DNA of 64,000 nucleotides from Promethearchaeota archaeon (GCA_030603385.1 JAUVXW010000003.1:124637-188636), one strand, 5' to 3'. Counted from the stretch's first letter, positions 9,273 through 20,354 are shown. The notes: generated by a model not told the origin, from the letters alone. A program made the numbers and translations.

Positions 9273-10106
9273 TTACTCAACAATTGCATGAGCGTTGCTG
9301 AGGACTACTGTATCTCCTTTTCGAACTTGAATTATATAACGCCCGTTATCCTTCCAGCCTTCAGTAATGAGTGTTTCTCCGGGATAAACGACATTTGTAA
9401 ATCTTGCTTTAAATTCCTTGAAACGAGACACATCTCCATCACAAAGACCATATATTATAGCTCGAGTTGCATGGCCATAAGTACATAACCCATGGAGTAT
9501 TGGTTTCTCTTGACCACCTTGACGTGCCAATACAGGATCTATATGTAAAGGGTTCAAATCACCATTAAGTCTGTAAAGAACTGCTTGATTTTCAGTAGTT
9601 TTGTATGTTATACTAAAATCTGGTTCTACACCTTCAGGGGGTGTTAAAGTTTCACTTTTAGGACCTCGTTCTCCTCCAAATCCACCTGCCCCCAGGTAAA
9701 AGAAAGCTGATTTGACATCAAATAAGGGTTCTCTCTCTTTGGTAAGAGCGGTGAATTTAACATGAATAACCGCTGCTTTACCTTTATCAAAAATATCGGT
9801 GACCTCACTGAAACAGATTACTTCTCCTGAAGAAGGAAAAGGTTTATGCAAATGGATTAATTCCTCTCCATGTATGAACCTGGGAAAAAAAACATTTCCC
9901 ATGTTGCGTGGAAACGCAATTCCTCTAGCGATGGTTGCAAAACTGGGGAATACTTTAATTCCCCCTGGAGTATTCTCATAAACAAAGGGGAGTTCATCTG
10001 CCTGAGCACCAATTCCTAGAGCATAAAGTACTGCATCCCTCCAAGTATATTTAAAAGTCACTTCTGGGTTCTTAACACCAACGCAATTTAAATCTAATCC
10101 AGACAT
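9273..10106 (-). CDS. MaoC-family (R)-specific enoyl-CoA hydratase 2
   Basis: LYALGIG, IHGEE, YRLNGDLNPLHIDP, PILHGLCTYG; tandem paralog. Confidence 0.9.
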   Translation of the reverse strand: MSGLDLNCVGVKNPEVTFKYTWRDAVLYALGIGAQADELPFVYENTPGGIKVFPSFATIARGIAFPRNMGNVFFPRFIHGEELIHLHKPFPSSGEVICFSEVTDIFDKGKAAVIHVKFTALTKEREPLFDVKSAFFYLGAGGFGGERGPKSETLTPPEGVEPDFSITYKTTENQAVLYRLNGDLNPLHIDPVLARQGGQEKPILHGLCTYGHATRAIIYGLCDGDVSRFKEFKARFTNVVYPGETLITEGWKDNGRYIIQVRKGDTVVLSNAHAIVE

Positions 10107-10215
10107 TTTTAACCATTTTTTAATTTTTATTTTTTTTAATTATTTTTTATTTCTGATAATATATTAATCATTACGATTGTATGTTTTTCATTATTAGTCT
10201 TTTTATTCATTCATT

Positions 10216-11100
10216 CTAAATAAAACCACTTAATTTCAAACCTTCTATTAACCATTTTATATTCATTTCTAAATCATCTAATAATCCATATTCTACCATT
10301 TTAGAATTAGGAATAAAAGTCTTAAAATATTTAAGAGCAATTTCTCTGCTGGAGAGATTCTTATTGTACCATTGAATTATTGCATTTTTTGTTTTAAAGT
10401 GAAATTCTTCCATCTCATCAAGAATTGTTTCAAAATCTGCATCTGTCCATACTCCGAAATGAGCCAAAGTAATAGAATTTAACTTACCTTTCATATCTCT
10501 AAGTTTTTGAAAGGTTTTAAGTAATTCTGATTCATTGAACTCAGGAGGCATAAAAGTTGGTTGAACATACGTATATCCTGATTTATTCATAATTGCATCC
10601 CCAGTAAAAATATTTCTGTTTTTCTCATCGAAAAGTGCAATGGAATCCATTGTATGACCAAAGAAATTAAATACTTCTAATTTCAGACCATTTAGATCGA
10701 TTATATCACCTTCTTTTAACGGAGTTACTTCCTCTATAGGTTCCACAATAGCTTCAAATACATCATTCATGGCAGCGGGTTCCTTTAAGTTATCTATTGC
10801 ATTTTCAGAAGCTAATACTTCAATATCAACCTCCGGCATTAATGCTTTTAACTCATTCACTCCAGCCGTATGGTCCCAATGTGCATGAGTAAGTAAAATC
10901 TTATGGATAGGGTAAATTTGGTACATTTTTAACTTTTTAATAATTCCTTTTGCCTGATCTGCTGTTGATGTATCAATTAGCATTCTAGTTCCTTCATTTT
11001 CAACTACATAAAGGGCTAAACTTCTTGACGCCCCAAATAAAAAACCATCAATTAAAAAACTGTTATCATTAAATTTCCCTTCTTTATGGATAAAAACCAA
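10216..11100 (-). CDS. MBL-fold metallo-hydrolase
   Basis: THAHWDH (HxHxDH), GHT, FTGD, AHFG. Probable TTG start at 11100 after GAGTGA (the ORF extends to 11124). Confidence 0.85.
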   Translation of the reverse strand: MVFIHKEGKFNDNSFLIDGFLFGASRSLALYVVENEGTRMLIDTSTADQAKGIIKKLKMYQIYPIHKILLTHAHWDHTAGVNELKALMPEVDIEVLASENAIDNLKEPAAMNDVFEAIVEPIEEVTPLKEGDIIDLNGLKLEVFNFFGHTMDSIALFDEKNRNIFTGDAIMNKSGYTYVQPTFMPPEFNESELLKTFQKLRDMKGKLNSITLAHFGVWTDADFETILDEMEEFHFKTKNAIIQWYNKNLSSREIALKYFKTFIPNSKMVEYGLLDDLEMNIKWLIEGLKLSGFI

Positions 11101-11189
11101 TTTGATCACTCTTTTAATATACACTTAAGATTCTAAGAATTTAATAAACATGCAAATAAAATATAAAAAAAAATGAAGTATGTCTTTTA

Positions 11190-12128
11190 TTATTTCATTA
11201 ACTCATCTTGAGAAACGGCACCTTCTCGTTTAGAAGGTAAGTCTTTCATTAATTCTGGAAATCTTTCCGCTAACTTTTGAGGAGTAAATGGTTGCCAATC
11301 ATTTGATATTTTCTTTACAGCCCTCCATCCTCTGTATACCCAGACTTTATCAGCGATCGCTCTAAAGACCTCTCCATTGATACCTTTAGCCTCATCTGTA
11401 GCGAGATAGGCTACCAATGGTGCGAAATGTGAAGGATGAAAGATATCAAAACCATCCGGAGTTTTTGCTTTCATATAATCTCCCATTCTTGGAGTTAAAT
11501 CAGTTGTCATACGTGTCCTAGCACTTGGTACAACACAGTTTACGGTTGCGTATTTAGCAACCTCTCGAGAAATTATTACTGTGAAAGTAGCTATACCAGA
11601 TTTAGCGGCACCATAATTTGATTGACCTACATTACCATATAGACCAGAATCAGAAGCAGTATTGATTATTCTGCCAAAATTTCCTAAAGACTCATCCGCT
11701 TTTCCTTTTTCCCTGAAATAAGCAGCAGCGTGTCTAGTCAAATTAAATGTCCCCTTCATATGAACAGCAATAACAAGATCAAACTCTTCTTCTGACATAT
11801 TAAATATCATTCTATCTCGCAAAATACCTGCATTATTCACAACGATATCGATTTTACCAAATTCAGAAATTGCTTGGTCGATCATTCCTTTTGTCTTGTT
11901 AAAATCAACTACAGAGTCATAATTTGCTATTGCTTTGACTCCAAGGTTTTTACACTCTTCAACAACGCTATCCGCGATTTTAACATCTTTATCCAAATGA
12001 GTAGCCCCACCACCTATATCATTAATAACTAAATTACAACCTTCTTTTGCCATAATTAAGGCTTCTTCGCGACCTACACCACGACCCGCCCCAGTAATTA
12101 AGGCAACTTTTCCGTCTAACATTCCCAT
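11190..12128 (-). CDS. SDR oxidoreductase resembling the (3R)-hydroxyacyl-CoA dehydrogenase domain of MFE-2
   Basis: TGAGRGVG, VINDIG, NNAGILRDRM, GLYGNVGQSNYGAAK (YxxxK). Confidence 0.85.
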   Translation of the reverse strand: MGMLDGKVALITGAGRGVGREEALIMAKEGCNLVINDIGGGATHLDKDVKIADSVVEECKNLGVKAIANYDSVVDFNKTKGMIDQAISEFGKIDIVVNNAGILRDRMIFNMSEEEFDLVIAVHMKGTFNLTRHAAAYFREKGKADESLGNFGRIINTASDSGLYGNVGQSNYGAAKSGIATFTVIISREVAKYATVNCVVPSARTRMTTDLTPRMGDYMKAKTPDGFDIFHPSHFAPLVAYLATDEAKGINGEVFRAIADKVWVYRGWRAVKKISNDWQPFTPQKLAERFPELMKDLPSKREGAVSQDELMK

Positions 12129-12209
12129 ATTTTATCACTTAAAGTTTGTGTAAATTATTTTAGGGGAAGAAATTTTCCTTAAACTTTAAATCTTTCATAT
12201 TATTAAGAT

Positions 12210-13010
12210 CTAAATTCCAGCATTAATAGTAAAACCACCATCAACAACTATTTTTGCACCTGAAATATAACTTCCTGCTTTTGATGCCAAAAAGACAATT
12301 GTTCCCTTAATGTCATCTCCTTTGCCGAATCGCTTCATTGGTATTAGGTTCAATAAAGGTATTCCAATCATTTTGTACATTGGTCCATTTTTATCTTGAA
12401 GAAATTCCATCATACCCTCTTCCATATTACCTGGAAGAATAGCATTTACCCTAATATTATGTTTACCCCATTCTACTGCTAAAGATCTCGAAAGACCTAT
12501 AACTCCTATTTTAGAGGTAGCATAAGCAGTCATCCCACTTGAAAACCCTACTTGTCCATTTTCACTTGAAAAATTGATAATACATCCGTTTTTTTGTCTA
12601 ATCATCATTTTTCCTATTTCGCGGCAACATAGAAAGGTTCCTGTTATATTTGTACTGATGATACTATTCCATCGTTCCAAACTATATGTTTTGGATTGTG
12701 CCATATCTGATATTCCAGCATTATTCACTAATATATCGCATTTTCCGTAGTGGTCTTTCATAATATTTGCCATTTGCTTTACATCATCTTCCTTTGTTAT
12801 ATCACATTTTATTGAAATGCTATTACTGCCAATTTTTTTCAACTTTTCAACTGCATCCTCTAATTTTCCATGAATATCTCTGCCACAAATCGCAACATCT
12901 GCTCCCGCTTCAGCTAATCCTTCAGCTGAAAAGAATCCTAATCCTCTACCTCCACCAGTGACAAGAGCAATTTGATTATCTAATTTAAACAAATCTTTTA
13001 TATGCGTCAT
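12210..13010 (-). CDS. SDR family oxidoreductase (FabG/gluconate 5-dehydrogenase-like)
   Basis: TGGGRGLG, NNAG, YATSK, NIRVNAILPG, VDGG. Confidence 0.88.
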   Translation of the reverse strand: MTHIKDLFKLDNQIALVTGGGRGLGFFSAEGLAEAGADVAICGRDIHGKLEDAVEKLKKIGSNSISIKCDITKEDDVKQMANIMKDHYGKCDILVNNAGISDMAQSKTYSLERWNSIISTNITGTFLCCREIGKMMIRQKNGCIINFSSENGQVGFSSGMTAYATSKIGVIGLSRSLAVEWGKHNIRVNAILPGNMEEGMMEFLQDKNGPMYKMIGIPLLNLIPMKRFGKGDDIKGTIVFLASKAGSYISGAKIVVDGGFTINAGI

Positions 13011-13109
13011 AAAATCACTTTGAGTATTGATTTTATTAAAAAATAGTATATAATAGTAAAAAAAAAGAATGTGTTTATTCTTATTAAACTAGAAATAAAT
13101 AAAAAACAG

Positions 13110-14387
13110 TTAGGCGTCAAGATTTTCAATTATTGTTGCTACTCCCTGTCCGCCTCCAACACAGGCGTTGGCTATACCGTACTTAGCTTTCTTATCTTTC
13201 AAAATCCTTGCTAAGGTTCCTGTAAGTCGAATCATAGTTGACCCTAAAGGATGCCCAATAGCAGTAGAACCTCCCATAACATTGACTTTTTCCCAGGGAA
13301 GGTTGAATTTGTCCATGCAATTCAATGCAACAATACAAAATGCTTCATTTATTTCCCAATAATCAATATCTTCCGCTTTCATGCCAGCGATATCTAAAGC
13401 TCGTTTGGTAGCAGGAACTGGCCCTCTACCCATTGTTGAGGGATGTACTGCTGCCCAACCAATAGATATAATTCTCGCCATAGGATCAAGACCTCTCTTC
13501 TTTGCTTCTTCAGCTTCCATACAAACGGCGGTTGTAGCACCAGCATTTAGTGGTGAGGAATTTCCTACAGTGATTACACCTTGGTCTGTCCCTTCTCTCT
13601 TTACATAACCATCTTTACCGCCATTTTTTTCTAAATAAAATGGGCGAGATAATCTTGGTAATTTGGCATGACTTTCCATACTCGATGGTCTTACGTTCAT
13701 ATCTCTATCTACCATTAATGGAGTGCCAACATCTCCTTCTACGTGTCCTTCAATTGGTATGATTTCACCTTTAAACCACCCTTCTTCATGACTTTTAACA
13801 GCTAAATTATGAGCTCGTACTCCAAACTTATCTAAGTCTTCTTTAGTAAATATAGGTACTTCTTGTTCATATAATTTTTGAGCTGTTTGAAGCATGTTAA
13901 ACGATGTCTGCATTTCTAAATCAGGACGAAAATATTTACTGTTTTTATCTATCAATTTTAAATTAGGTTCAGTACCTCTACCTCTAACTCGAGTCATATG
14001 TTCAAAGCCACTTGCCAATACACATTTAGCGTTTCCAGTCATAATTTCCATAATTCCAATATGCATTCCTGAACCTGCTGAACCACATTGTCTGTCAATC
14101 GAAAATCCTGGAACACTTTCAGGAAAACCTGCTAAAAAAAGGGGAATTCTCCCTCCATATGACCAGTTTTCCAAAGTCCCATTTGCAACTCCAAGAGAGG
14201 CTTCTTCAATATCTTTTCTTTCTACGCCTTTATCAGCTAATTTCTCATCAAAGAATTTTATCAACAATTCAGCAACCAATTCGTCTCCTCTAATTTCACC
14301 AAAAACATCTCTTTCAGGTTGTTTTGGTCTAGAGCGCGAAAATGCAGTTCGAGCATAATCAATCAACCAAACTTCTTTTAAATCCAA
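13110..14387 (-). CDS. Acetyl-CoA C-acyltransferase (thiolase)
   Basis: DRQCGS, GFEHMTR, EINEAF, GHPLGS, ACVGGGQG. Confidence 0.92.
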   Translation of the reverse strand: MDLKEVWLIDYARTAFSRSRPKQPERDVFGEIRGDELVAELLIKFFDEKLADKGVERKDIEEASLGVANGTLENWSYGGRIPLFLAGFPESVPGFSIDRQCGSAGSGMHIGIMEIMTGNAKCVLASGFEHMTRVRGRGTEPNLKLIDKNSKYFRPDLEMQTSFNMLQTAQKLYEQEVPIFTKEDLDKFGVRAHNLAVKSHEEGWFKGEIIPIEGHVEGDVGTPLMVDRDMNVRPSSMESHAKLPRLSRPFYLEKNGGKDGYVKREGTDQGVITVGNSSPLNAGATTAVCMEAEEAKKRGLDPMARIISIGWAAVHPSTMGRGPVPATKRALDIAGMKAEDIDYWEINEAFCIVALNCMDKFNLPWEKVNVMGGSTAIGHPLGSTMIRLTGTLARILKDKKAKYGIANACVGGGQGVATIIENLDA

Positions 14388-14633
14388 TATTTTTACACTT
14401 TTTTGTAGTTTATTTTATTTTGAAATGAAATTGTAAATTAACAATAAAAATTAAAGATATCATATTAACAATTTTAATTTAAAATTTTAATTTAGTATAC
14501 TTTAGAAGATGCCTAAAAAAAGTATATTTGTAGGGTACTATAACCTTATAGCTATGACACTTAACACCCTTGGTGTTCAATTAGAAGGTATGAATAAATC
14601 CGAAAAAAATCTAGTAGAATAGAATAATTTTAA

Positions 14634-15908
14634 TTATAGCCATAACACAAATACTAATCCAACTAGGGGAATTAATGCCGCATAGGGTAAAACCAGTGTA
14701 GGTGAAAAAATAACCCATAAAAATGCGAATACTAAGTAAGAAATTATTTTGGCAACCTGAAGATCTGTAATCCAAATACCCATATAGAAAGCTCTGTCCA
14801 AAGGTGCCCGATTTACTATATATTTCACTGCTCCAGTATAAATACATCCCCACGCAAAACCAAGACATATCTGACCCATTATGAAAAAGATAATATTACC
14901 TGTAGCTGAACCTCCTGCATAGCAGAACAAAGTTAAAGCTGATAAGATAAATCCAACAGCAAGCATTATTTTTTCTGAAATTTTAGGGTTATCAATAATT
15001 CTTCCACTAAGAACCATTGCTAGTATTTGTAAAATTGGGTTGAGAGCAATAATAAAACCTGCTAACCCTATAGATATCCCCGCGTCTGTTAATATAAGGC
15101 TTATTATTTGGAGGAATGCTATTAGACCAAATTGACGGAAAAAGACACTGATAAAGAGAATAGATTTTACTTTTGCTCTTTTTCTTTTGGTTTCTGATTT
15201 TCCTTTTACTGACTCTTGGACTATTAGTTCTTCCTTAGTTCGTTCAATATCACTTTCTTTTTCTATAATTTCTCCTTTCTTTATATCTTGTACTGGAATA
15301 GCAAAGATTAATGATATTGTGGTTGTAATTATCAAGAAAAGAACTAGTGATCCTATTCCAAATATAGTAATGACAAAACTTGATCCTAGGACCCCAATGG
15401 CCCAACCAGTGCTTTTAACTGCGCTAAGGAGTGATAGCTGGGTTCCACTAACCTCAGTTGTTCCCAAATTTGCTCTTATTTCCTTCTTTTTATTTGATTT
15501 TTCCACAATATCAGCAAATAAAGCATCTGATGCAGGCATTCTCATTCCTAATAAAGAACCCCTAATAAAATTTAGAATACAATGATAGATGATATTATTA
15601 TTTAGATTTAACAGCATAAATACGATAATTTGAGAGAAGAGGGCTACAATAAAAAATAATTTTCTACGACCTGTTCTATCACTTATTCTTCCAAAAAACC
15701 ATGAAAAGACTGCCATCCCGACTCCCATCCACATCAGTGTAAATATTATTTCCCCATCAGAGAATCCTTTTGAATATAAAAATACTGGTAAAAATGCAAA
15801 ATACGCGTACCCCGCTATTCCTGCAAAAAATACCGCAGTAATAAGGAAGAATTTATTTACAGAGAGCCTTTGTTCATCGGATTTGTATTGTAGCTTCAGT
15901 GTTTTCAT
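14634..15908 (-). CDS. MFS transporter
   Basis: About 12 hydrophobic segments; motif A GRISDRTGRR; central hydrophilic loop. Confidence 0.85.
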   Translation of the reverse strand: MKTLKLQYKSDEQRLSVNKFFLITAVFFAGIAGYAYFAFLPVFLYSKGFSDGEIIFTLMWMGVGMAVFSWFFGRISDRTGRRKLFFIVALFSQIIVFMLLNLNNNIIYHCILNFIRGSLLGMRMPASDALFADIVEKSNKKKEIRANLGTTEVSGTQLSLLSAVKSTGWAIGVLGSSFVITIFGIGSLVLFLIITTTISLIFAIPVQDIKKGEIIEKESDIERTKEELIVQESVKGKSETKRKRAKVKSILFISVFFRQFGLIAFLQIISLILTDAGISIGLAGFIIALNPILQILAMVLSGRIIDNPKISEKIMLAVGFILSALTLFCYAGGSATGNIIFFIMGQICLGFAWGCIYTGAVKYIVNRAPLDRAFYMGIWITDLQVAKIISYLVFAFLWVIFSPTLVLPYAALIPLVGLVFVLWL

Positions 15909-16115
15909 AATATTTAAATTTTATATCGGTATCATAATCAGCTTTGGTTCATTAAATTAAATAAATCAAAAAAAGGTTTTCAGATAAGTAAAAGTATAAT
16001 ATTTTGCACATAAAGGTCTATACCTAGAACGTTAAAAAAAAGAATTATTAAAAGAGAAATTTGATTTTTATTATCATCAATATAGTTTTTTAGAACTAAT
16101 GAGGAGATAAATGGA

Positions 16116-17261
16116 ATGAAAAAAAAAATTGAAATTCATGGCTTTTGTGATGACCAATTCGAAAATGTAAAGGAAGTTTTCGCTGAAAACTTTAAACCCG
16201 ATTTGGATGTAGGTGCTTCACTTGCACTAACAATTAATGGTAAATTTGTAATTGATATTTGGGCTGGCTATGCTGATGAGGCTCAAACTAAACCATGGGA
16301 AAAAGATACAATAGTTAATGTATATTCAACTACGAAAGTAATGACAGCCCTTTGCGTGCTCATGCTAGTTGATAGAGGTCTTCTTGATCTTGATGCCCCC
16401 GTAGCACAATTTTGGCCTGAATTTGCTCAAGCAGGTAAAGAAAATTTACCTGTACGTTATCTTCTTAGTCACACAGCAGGTATTCCTGGTTTCGATAAAC
16501 GTATACAGGCTGAGACGCTCTACGATTGGGATGCAATAGTTAACATACTTGCTGCACAGAAATCCTGGTGGAAACCTGGAACTAAAAGTGGATATCATTC
16601 AATTACATTTGGGTATCTTCTAGGTGAATTGGTTAGGCGGATAACAGGTAAAACGCTTGGTACTTTTTTTAAAGAAGAGGTGGCAGAGCCCCTTAAAGCA
16701 GACTTTCATATAGGGCTATCTGCAGAACATGATTCCCGCGTTGGAGAATTAATTCCTCCTTCTCCAGCAGATCTTCAAAATGTGGGGGATATTGATCCAA
16801 ATTCAATTCCGATAAAAGTTCTATTGAACCCTATTCTAACAGCTAGAGAAACTCTAACTCGTGAATGGCGAGCAGCAGAAATCCCTGCTTCAAATGGTCA
16901 TGGGAATGCTAGATCAGTGGCTCGAGTAGGAGCAGCATTAGCTTGTGGTGGAGAGATTGATGGAGTAAGGCTGTTGTCTTTAAAAACTATTGAGAAAGCT
17001 TTAGAAGAACAATCATATGGTACTGATTTAGTTCTTACTGTGCCCACGCGTTTTGGTTTAGGTTTTGGTCTTGTTAGTAAAGATATGCCAATAAGTCCAA
17101 ATCCGCGTGCATTTTATTGGGGTGGATGGGGGGGATCACATGTTACTATGGATCTTGATGCTAAGTTAAGCTGGGCATATGTTATGAATAGAATGATGAT
17201 GTCCCTAACTGGAGACCCTCGTACTATGAATATACGAGAAGCTATATATAAAGCTTTATAA
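16116..17261 (+). CDS. Serine hydrolase, class C beta-lactamase-like (family VIII esterase)
   Basis: YSTTK (SxxK), LLSHTAG, GYHS, YWGGWGG. Confidence 0.9.
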   Translation: MKKKIEIHGFCDDQFENVKEVFAENFKPDLDVGASLALTINGKFVIDIWAGYADEAQTKPWEKDTIVNVYSTTKVMTALCVLMLVDRGLLDLDAPVAQFWPEFAQAGKENLPVRYLLSHTAGIPGFDKRIQAETLYDWDAIVNILAAQKSWWKPGTKSGYHSITFGYLLGELVRRITGKTLGTFFKEEVAEPLKADFHIGLSAEHDSRVGELIPPSPADLQNVGDIDPNSIPIKVLLNPILTARETLTREWRAAEIPASNGHGNARSVARVGAALACGGEIDGVRLLSLKTIEKALEEQSYGTDLVLTVPTRFGLGFGLVSKDMPISPNPRAFYWGGWGGSHVTMDLDAKLSWAYVMNRMMMSLTGDPRTMNIREAIYKAL

Positions 17262-17311
17262 TTTTAATCTTTATTATTTCAAAAAAGAAAATTAAAAAAA
17301 AGTAATAATTC

Positions 17312-18139
17312 TTATTTACCTTGAAATATTGGAGGTCTTTTTTGATTAAACGCCATGACCCCTTCAGTAGAATCCTTTGATAAAGCGTTGAGGGCATAAC
17401 CCCAGTGTTCAAATTGTAATCCTACATTTAAAGGTACTTGAGTTCCATATTGAATGCATTTTTTTATGACGAATAGCGAATTTGTAGCAGCATTTCCCAA
17501 CCATGAGGCTTTTTCATGTACAAAATCTTCAAACTTATCATCATCTACTAAGAAAGATATAAATCCCCATTCATTCATCTGTTCTGCAGTGAAATGTTCA
17601 CCAAAATACATCATTCTGTTTACTCCCATTTTTCCAAGTTGCCTAATCATGCGTTGTGTGCCCCCATTGCCAGGAAAAATCCCTCGCTTAATTTCGGGGA
17701 AACCGAATTGTGATCTTTTTGATGCTATAACAAGATCACATACTAAAACTAATTCTAATCCACCCCCCAAAGCATACCCATCAACTGCTGCTATTAAAGG
17801 TTTTGGAAATTCTTCAATTAAATCATAATACTTATGTCTTAGATACATTGCGTGACTTCGATGGCGTATATTACTCATATCAAGCGTAGGGCCTCCTCGA
17901 GCGGATAGGTCAGCACCCGCAGAGAACGCAGGTCTTTTAGTATATTCTTTAACTCCTCGTAAAACTACACAGCGGACATTCTGATCGACCTCTACGGTTT
18001 CTAACGCTTCTGCAATCTCTTTGAGTGTTTGATTTTGAAGGGCATTTAATTTATTAGGACGTATTATTGATACAACTGCATAATTGCCTTCTTCTACTTT
18101 TTCAATTTTTACATGTTCAAACTTTTTTGGTTCAGACAT
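17312..18139 (-). CDS. Enoyl-CoA hydratase (crotonase)
   Basis: AFSAGAD, ALGGGLE, FPEIKRGIFPGNGGTQR: both catalytic Glu present. Confidence 0.9.
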   Translation of the reverse strand: MSEPKKFEHVKIEKVEEGNYAVVSIIRPNKLNALQNQTLKEIAEALETVEVDQNVRCVVLRGVKEYTKRPAFSAGADLSARGGPTLDMSNIRHRSHAMYLRHKYYDLIEEFPKPLIAAVDGYALGGGLELVLVCDLVIASKRSQFGFPEIKRGIFPGNGGTQRMIRQLGKMGVNRMMYFGEHFTAEQMNEWGFISFLVDDDKFEDFVHEKASWLGNAATNSLFVIKKCIQYGTQVPLNVGLQFEHWGYALNALSKDSTEGVMAFNQKRPPIFQGK

Positions 18140-18275
18140 ATTATCTAACCTTTTTTTTAATGTGTATAGTATAATAATTAAAGGATTAATTATGAAAAAG
18201 AATTTCTATTAGTAGAAAATGGGTCATAAAAAAAAATATAAAAAAATTAGATTGTTGTATTAAAACTTAAACTAA

Positions 18276-19775
18276 TTACAAAATATCTTCCCAGGCCATC
18301 CTCTCATTTCCATAAGGATCTTGTTCTATAGTAATCTCTTTGTCAAAAATTATCGTAGCTCGTTTTTCTATTTCATATGGAGGTAATTTAGGCATGTTCT
18401 CATGATTCGGATTTCCGGTTTGAGCAAATGAAATCCAAGCATCCATCATTTTTTCTGATAACCTTTGCGTTTCTTCAGTTCTACATGGAAAAATTCCAAT
18501 ATCTTTATCCCCTAGAAGACCGAATACAAATGGAAGCTCAAGAGCATGCATTGCCCCAAATTTTCCCCCTTGGATTGGGCTTTTCCAGATAAACAAATAC
18601 ATAAAAGTATTGGGTTGATGTTTACTTTGAACTTCTGCTAGACGAACAGAAGGGATGCGAAACATATAATCAGTTAAAATAGCATCCAATATATCTCTTG
18701 GAGTTTTTCTTAATTGCCTATAAATATTTATTATCTCTTTAGATTTGCCTTCTTCTTGTCTTGCGATTTTCATAATAGTTTTTACATTCTTCTCTAATCT
18801 CTCTTCAGTAAGATCAAAAGCTTTAGGTGTCCACATTAACCATAATTTGTTTTCGTCTAAGTTTGATCCTATAAATAAGTCAATATCCTTAGCAAAACCA
18901 TTCCTAACTGCTTCAAGGGGGTGTTCTGGTAATGTTTTCTCATCAACAACAGGTCCTACTCTTAATACACCTTCTTGTAACCTCAAAGTATTTTCCTGAG
19001 GTACAATAAACTTTTCAGCAGGAAGTTTCCGCAATGCCTCGATATCTCCTTTTTCTATTCCTAATTTCTGAATCAATTCTTCATAAACTCTTATTCCTAC
19101 TATTGGATTGAAACTTAACTTATGAGCTGATCCAGAATGAGGAATTGCTCGATGGAATAATCGTTTAGCGGCAGGCATGGCAAGCAAACTTGCCACAGCA
19201 AAACCACCTGCGGATTCACCGAATATTGTTACATTGTCTGGATCACCCCCATACTTAGAGATATTATTTTTGACCCATTTAAGCGCTGCAACCATATCAA
19301 GTAAACCCGCATTCGCAGTTGCATCCTTCTCATCAGGCATGTAAAGAAAACCCAAATACCCTAGACGATAATTGATACTTACCACCACCACATCTCCCCT
19401 TAGTGCTAGTCGTGCTCCATCTAAAGCTGCACCATTTCCTGTTATGAATCCTCCTCCATGTATCCAAAACATAACGGGCCTCTTACCATTATCTAATCCA
19501 GTGGTCCATATATTTAAAGTTAAACAATCGGCTTCACTCTGTGGCATTGGTTCTCCAAATTGTGCTTCGAGAGCTGAAGGTGGCTGAATTGAAATAGGGC
19601 TATATTTTGTTGCATCAAACACACCACTCCAAGGCTCAACTGGAGCTGGAGGTTTGAAGCGGAGATTTCCTATAGGTGGTGCAGCATAAGGGATACCCTT
19701 AAATTTTATAATACCTCTTCTGCTGTATCCACGTACTTTACCATGAGTAGTCTCTACAATAACATTATTTTCCAT
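18276..19775 (-). CDS. Type-B carboxylesterase (para-nitrobenzyl esterase-like)
   Basis: FKGIPYAAPPIG, HGGG, FGESAG, HALELPFVFG; ATG at 19775 (the ORF extends to 19784). Confidence 0.92.
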   Translation of the reverse strand: MENNVIVETTHGKVRGYSRRGIIKFKGIPYAAPPIGNLRFKPPAPVEPWSGVFDATKYSPISIQPPSALEAQFGEPMPQSEADCLTLNIWTTGLDNGKRPVMFWIHGGGFITGNGAALDGARLALRGDVVVVSINYRLGYLGFLYMPDEKDATANAGLLDMVAALKWVKNNISKYGGDPDNVTIFGESAGGFAVASLLAMPAAKRLFHRAIPHSGSAHKLSFNPIVGIRVYEELIQKLGIEKGDIEALRKLPAEKFIVPQENTLRLQEGVLRVGPVVDEKTLPEHPLEAVRNGFAKDIDLFIGSNLDENKLWLMWTPKAFDLTEERLEKNVKTIMKIARQEEGKSKEIINIYRQLRKTPRDILDAILTDYMFRIPSVRLAEVQSKHQPNTFMYLFIWKSPIQGGKFGAMHALELPFVFGLLGDKDIGIFPCRTEETQRLSEKMMDAWISFAQTGNPNHENMPKLPPYEIEKRATIIFDKEITIEQDPYGNERMAWEDIL

Positions 19776-19796
19776 TATAATCACTTATTTTTTGTT

Positions 19797-20354
19797 TTAC
19801 AATTTTGATTTATAAATTACCGAAGGTTTTATTTTTTTATTATTTTGAAATCCTATGGCTTGAGTATTAGATCCATATTTTTTTCTCAATTGTTCCATCG
19901 TACCTACATCTAAAGCATACATTGGACAAGCCTCTACGCATATTGTTTGTTGACCTTTTTCCAATCTCTCTACACATAGATCACATTTTCTCATTTTAGC
20001 ATTAATAGTTGAATTAAATTGCGGCACATCCCATGGACAAACTTTTAAACATTTAGCTCCACATTCTTCTTTACCTAGGCACAGTTCTTGATCCACTACA
20101 ATAATTCCATCAAATTCTCTTTTTATAATTGCATTTGTAGGACATGCTTTTACACATGGAGGATCAGCACAGTGATTGCATGCTAATGCGAGGTAAGAAA
20201 GAGATAAATTAGGAAACTTCCCCTTTTCAATTACTATTATACGCATCCAATTTTCAGGTCCCGCATCAATATCATTCCAGTCTTTACAGGCAACTGAGCA
20301 TGTATAACAACCTGTACATCTTGTTTGATCAAAGTAAAATCCCATTTGTTTCAT
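19797..20354 (-). CDS. DMSO-reductase-family iron-sulfur subunit (DmsB-like)
   Basis: GFYFDQTRCTGCYTCSVACK, CNHCADPPCVKACP, KCDLC...CVEACP; overlaps the stop codon of the catalytic subunit gene. Confidence 0.88.
   Translation of the reverse strand: MKQMGFYFDQTRCTGCYTCSVACKDWNDIDAGPENWMRIIVIEKGKFPNLSLSYLALACNHCADPPCVKACPTNAIIKREFDGIIVVDQELCLGKEECGAKCLKVCPWDVPQFNSTINAKMRKCDLCVERLEKGQQTICVEACPMYALDVGTMEQLRKKYGSNTQAIGFQNNKKIKPSVIYKSKL

Noticed and set aside
14563-14577. AACACC-CTT-GGTGTT hairpin resembling the SBP operator half-sites
   Set aside because: The spacing differs (N5 versus N8) and the 6-bp stem is too short to call an operator or terminator
16116-17261. Possible beta-lactamase resistance genes (also 58482..59636)
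   Set aside because: No signal peptide, WGG instead of KTG, and a lipid/ester gene context all point to family VIII esterases
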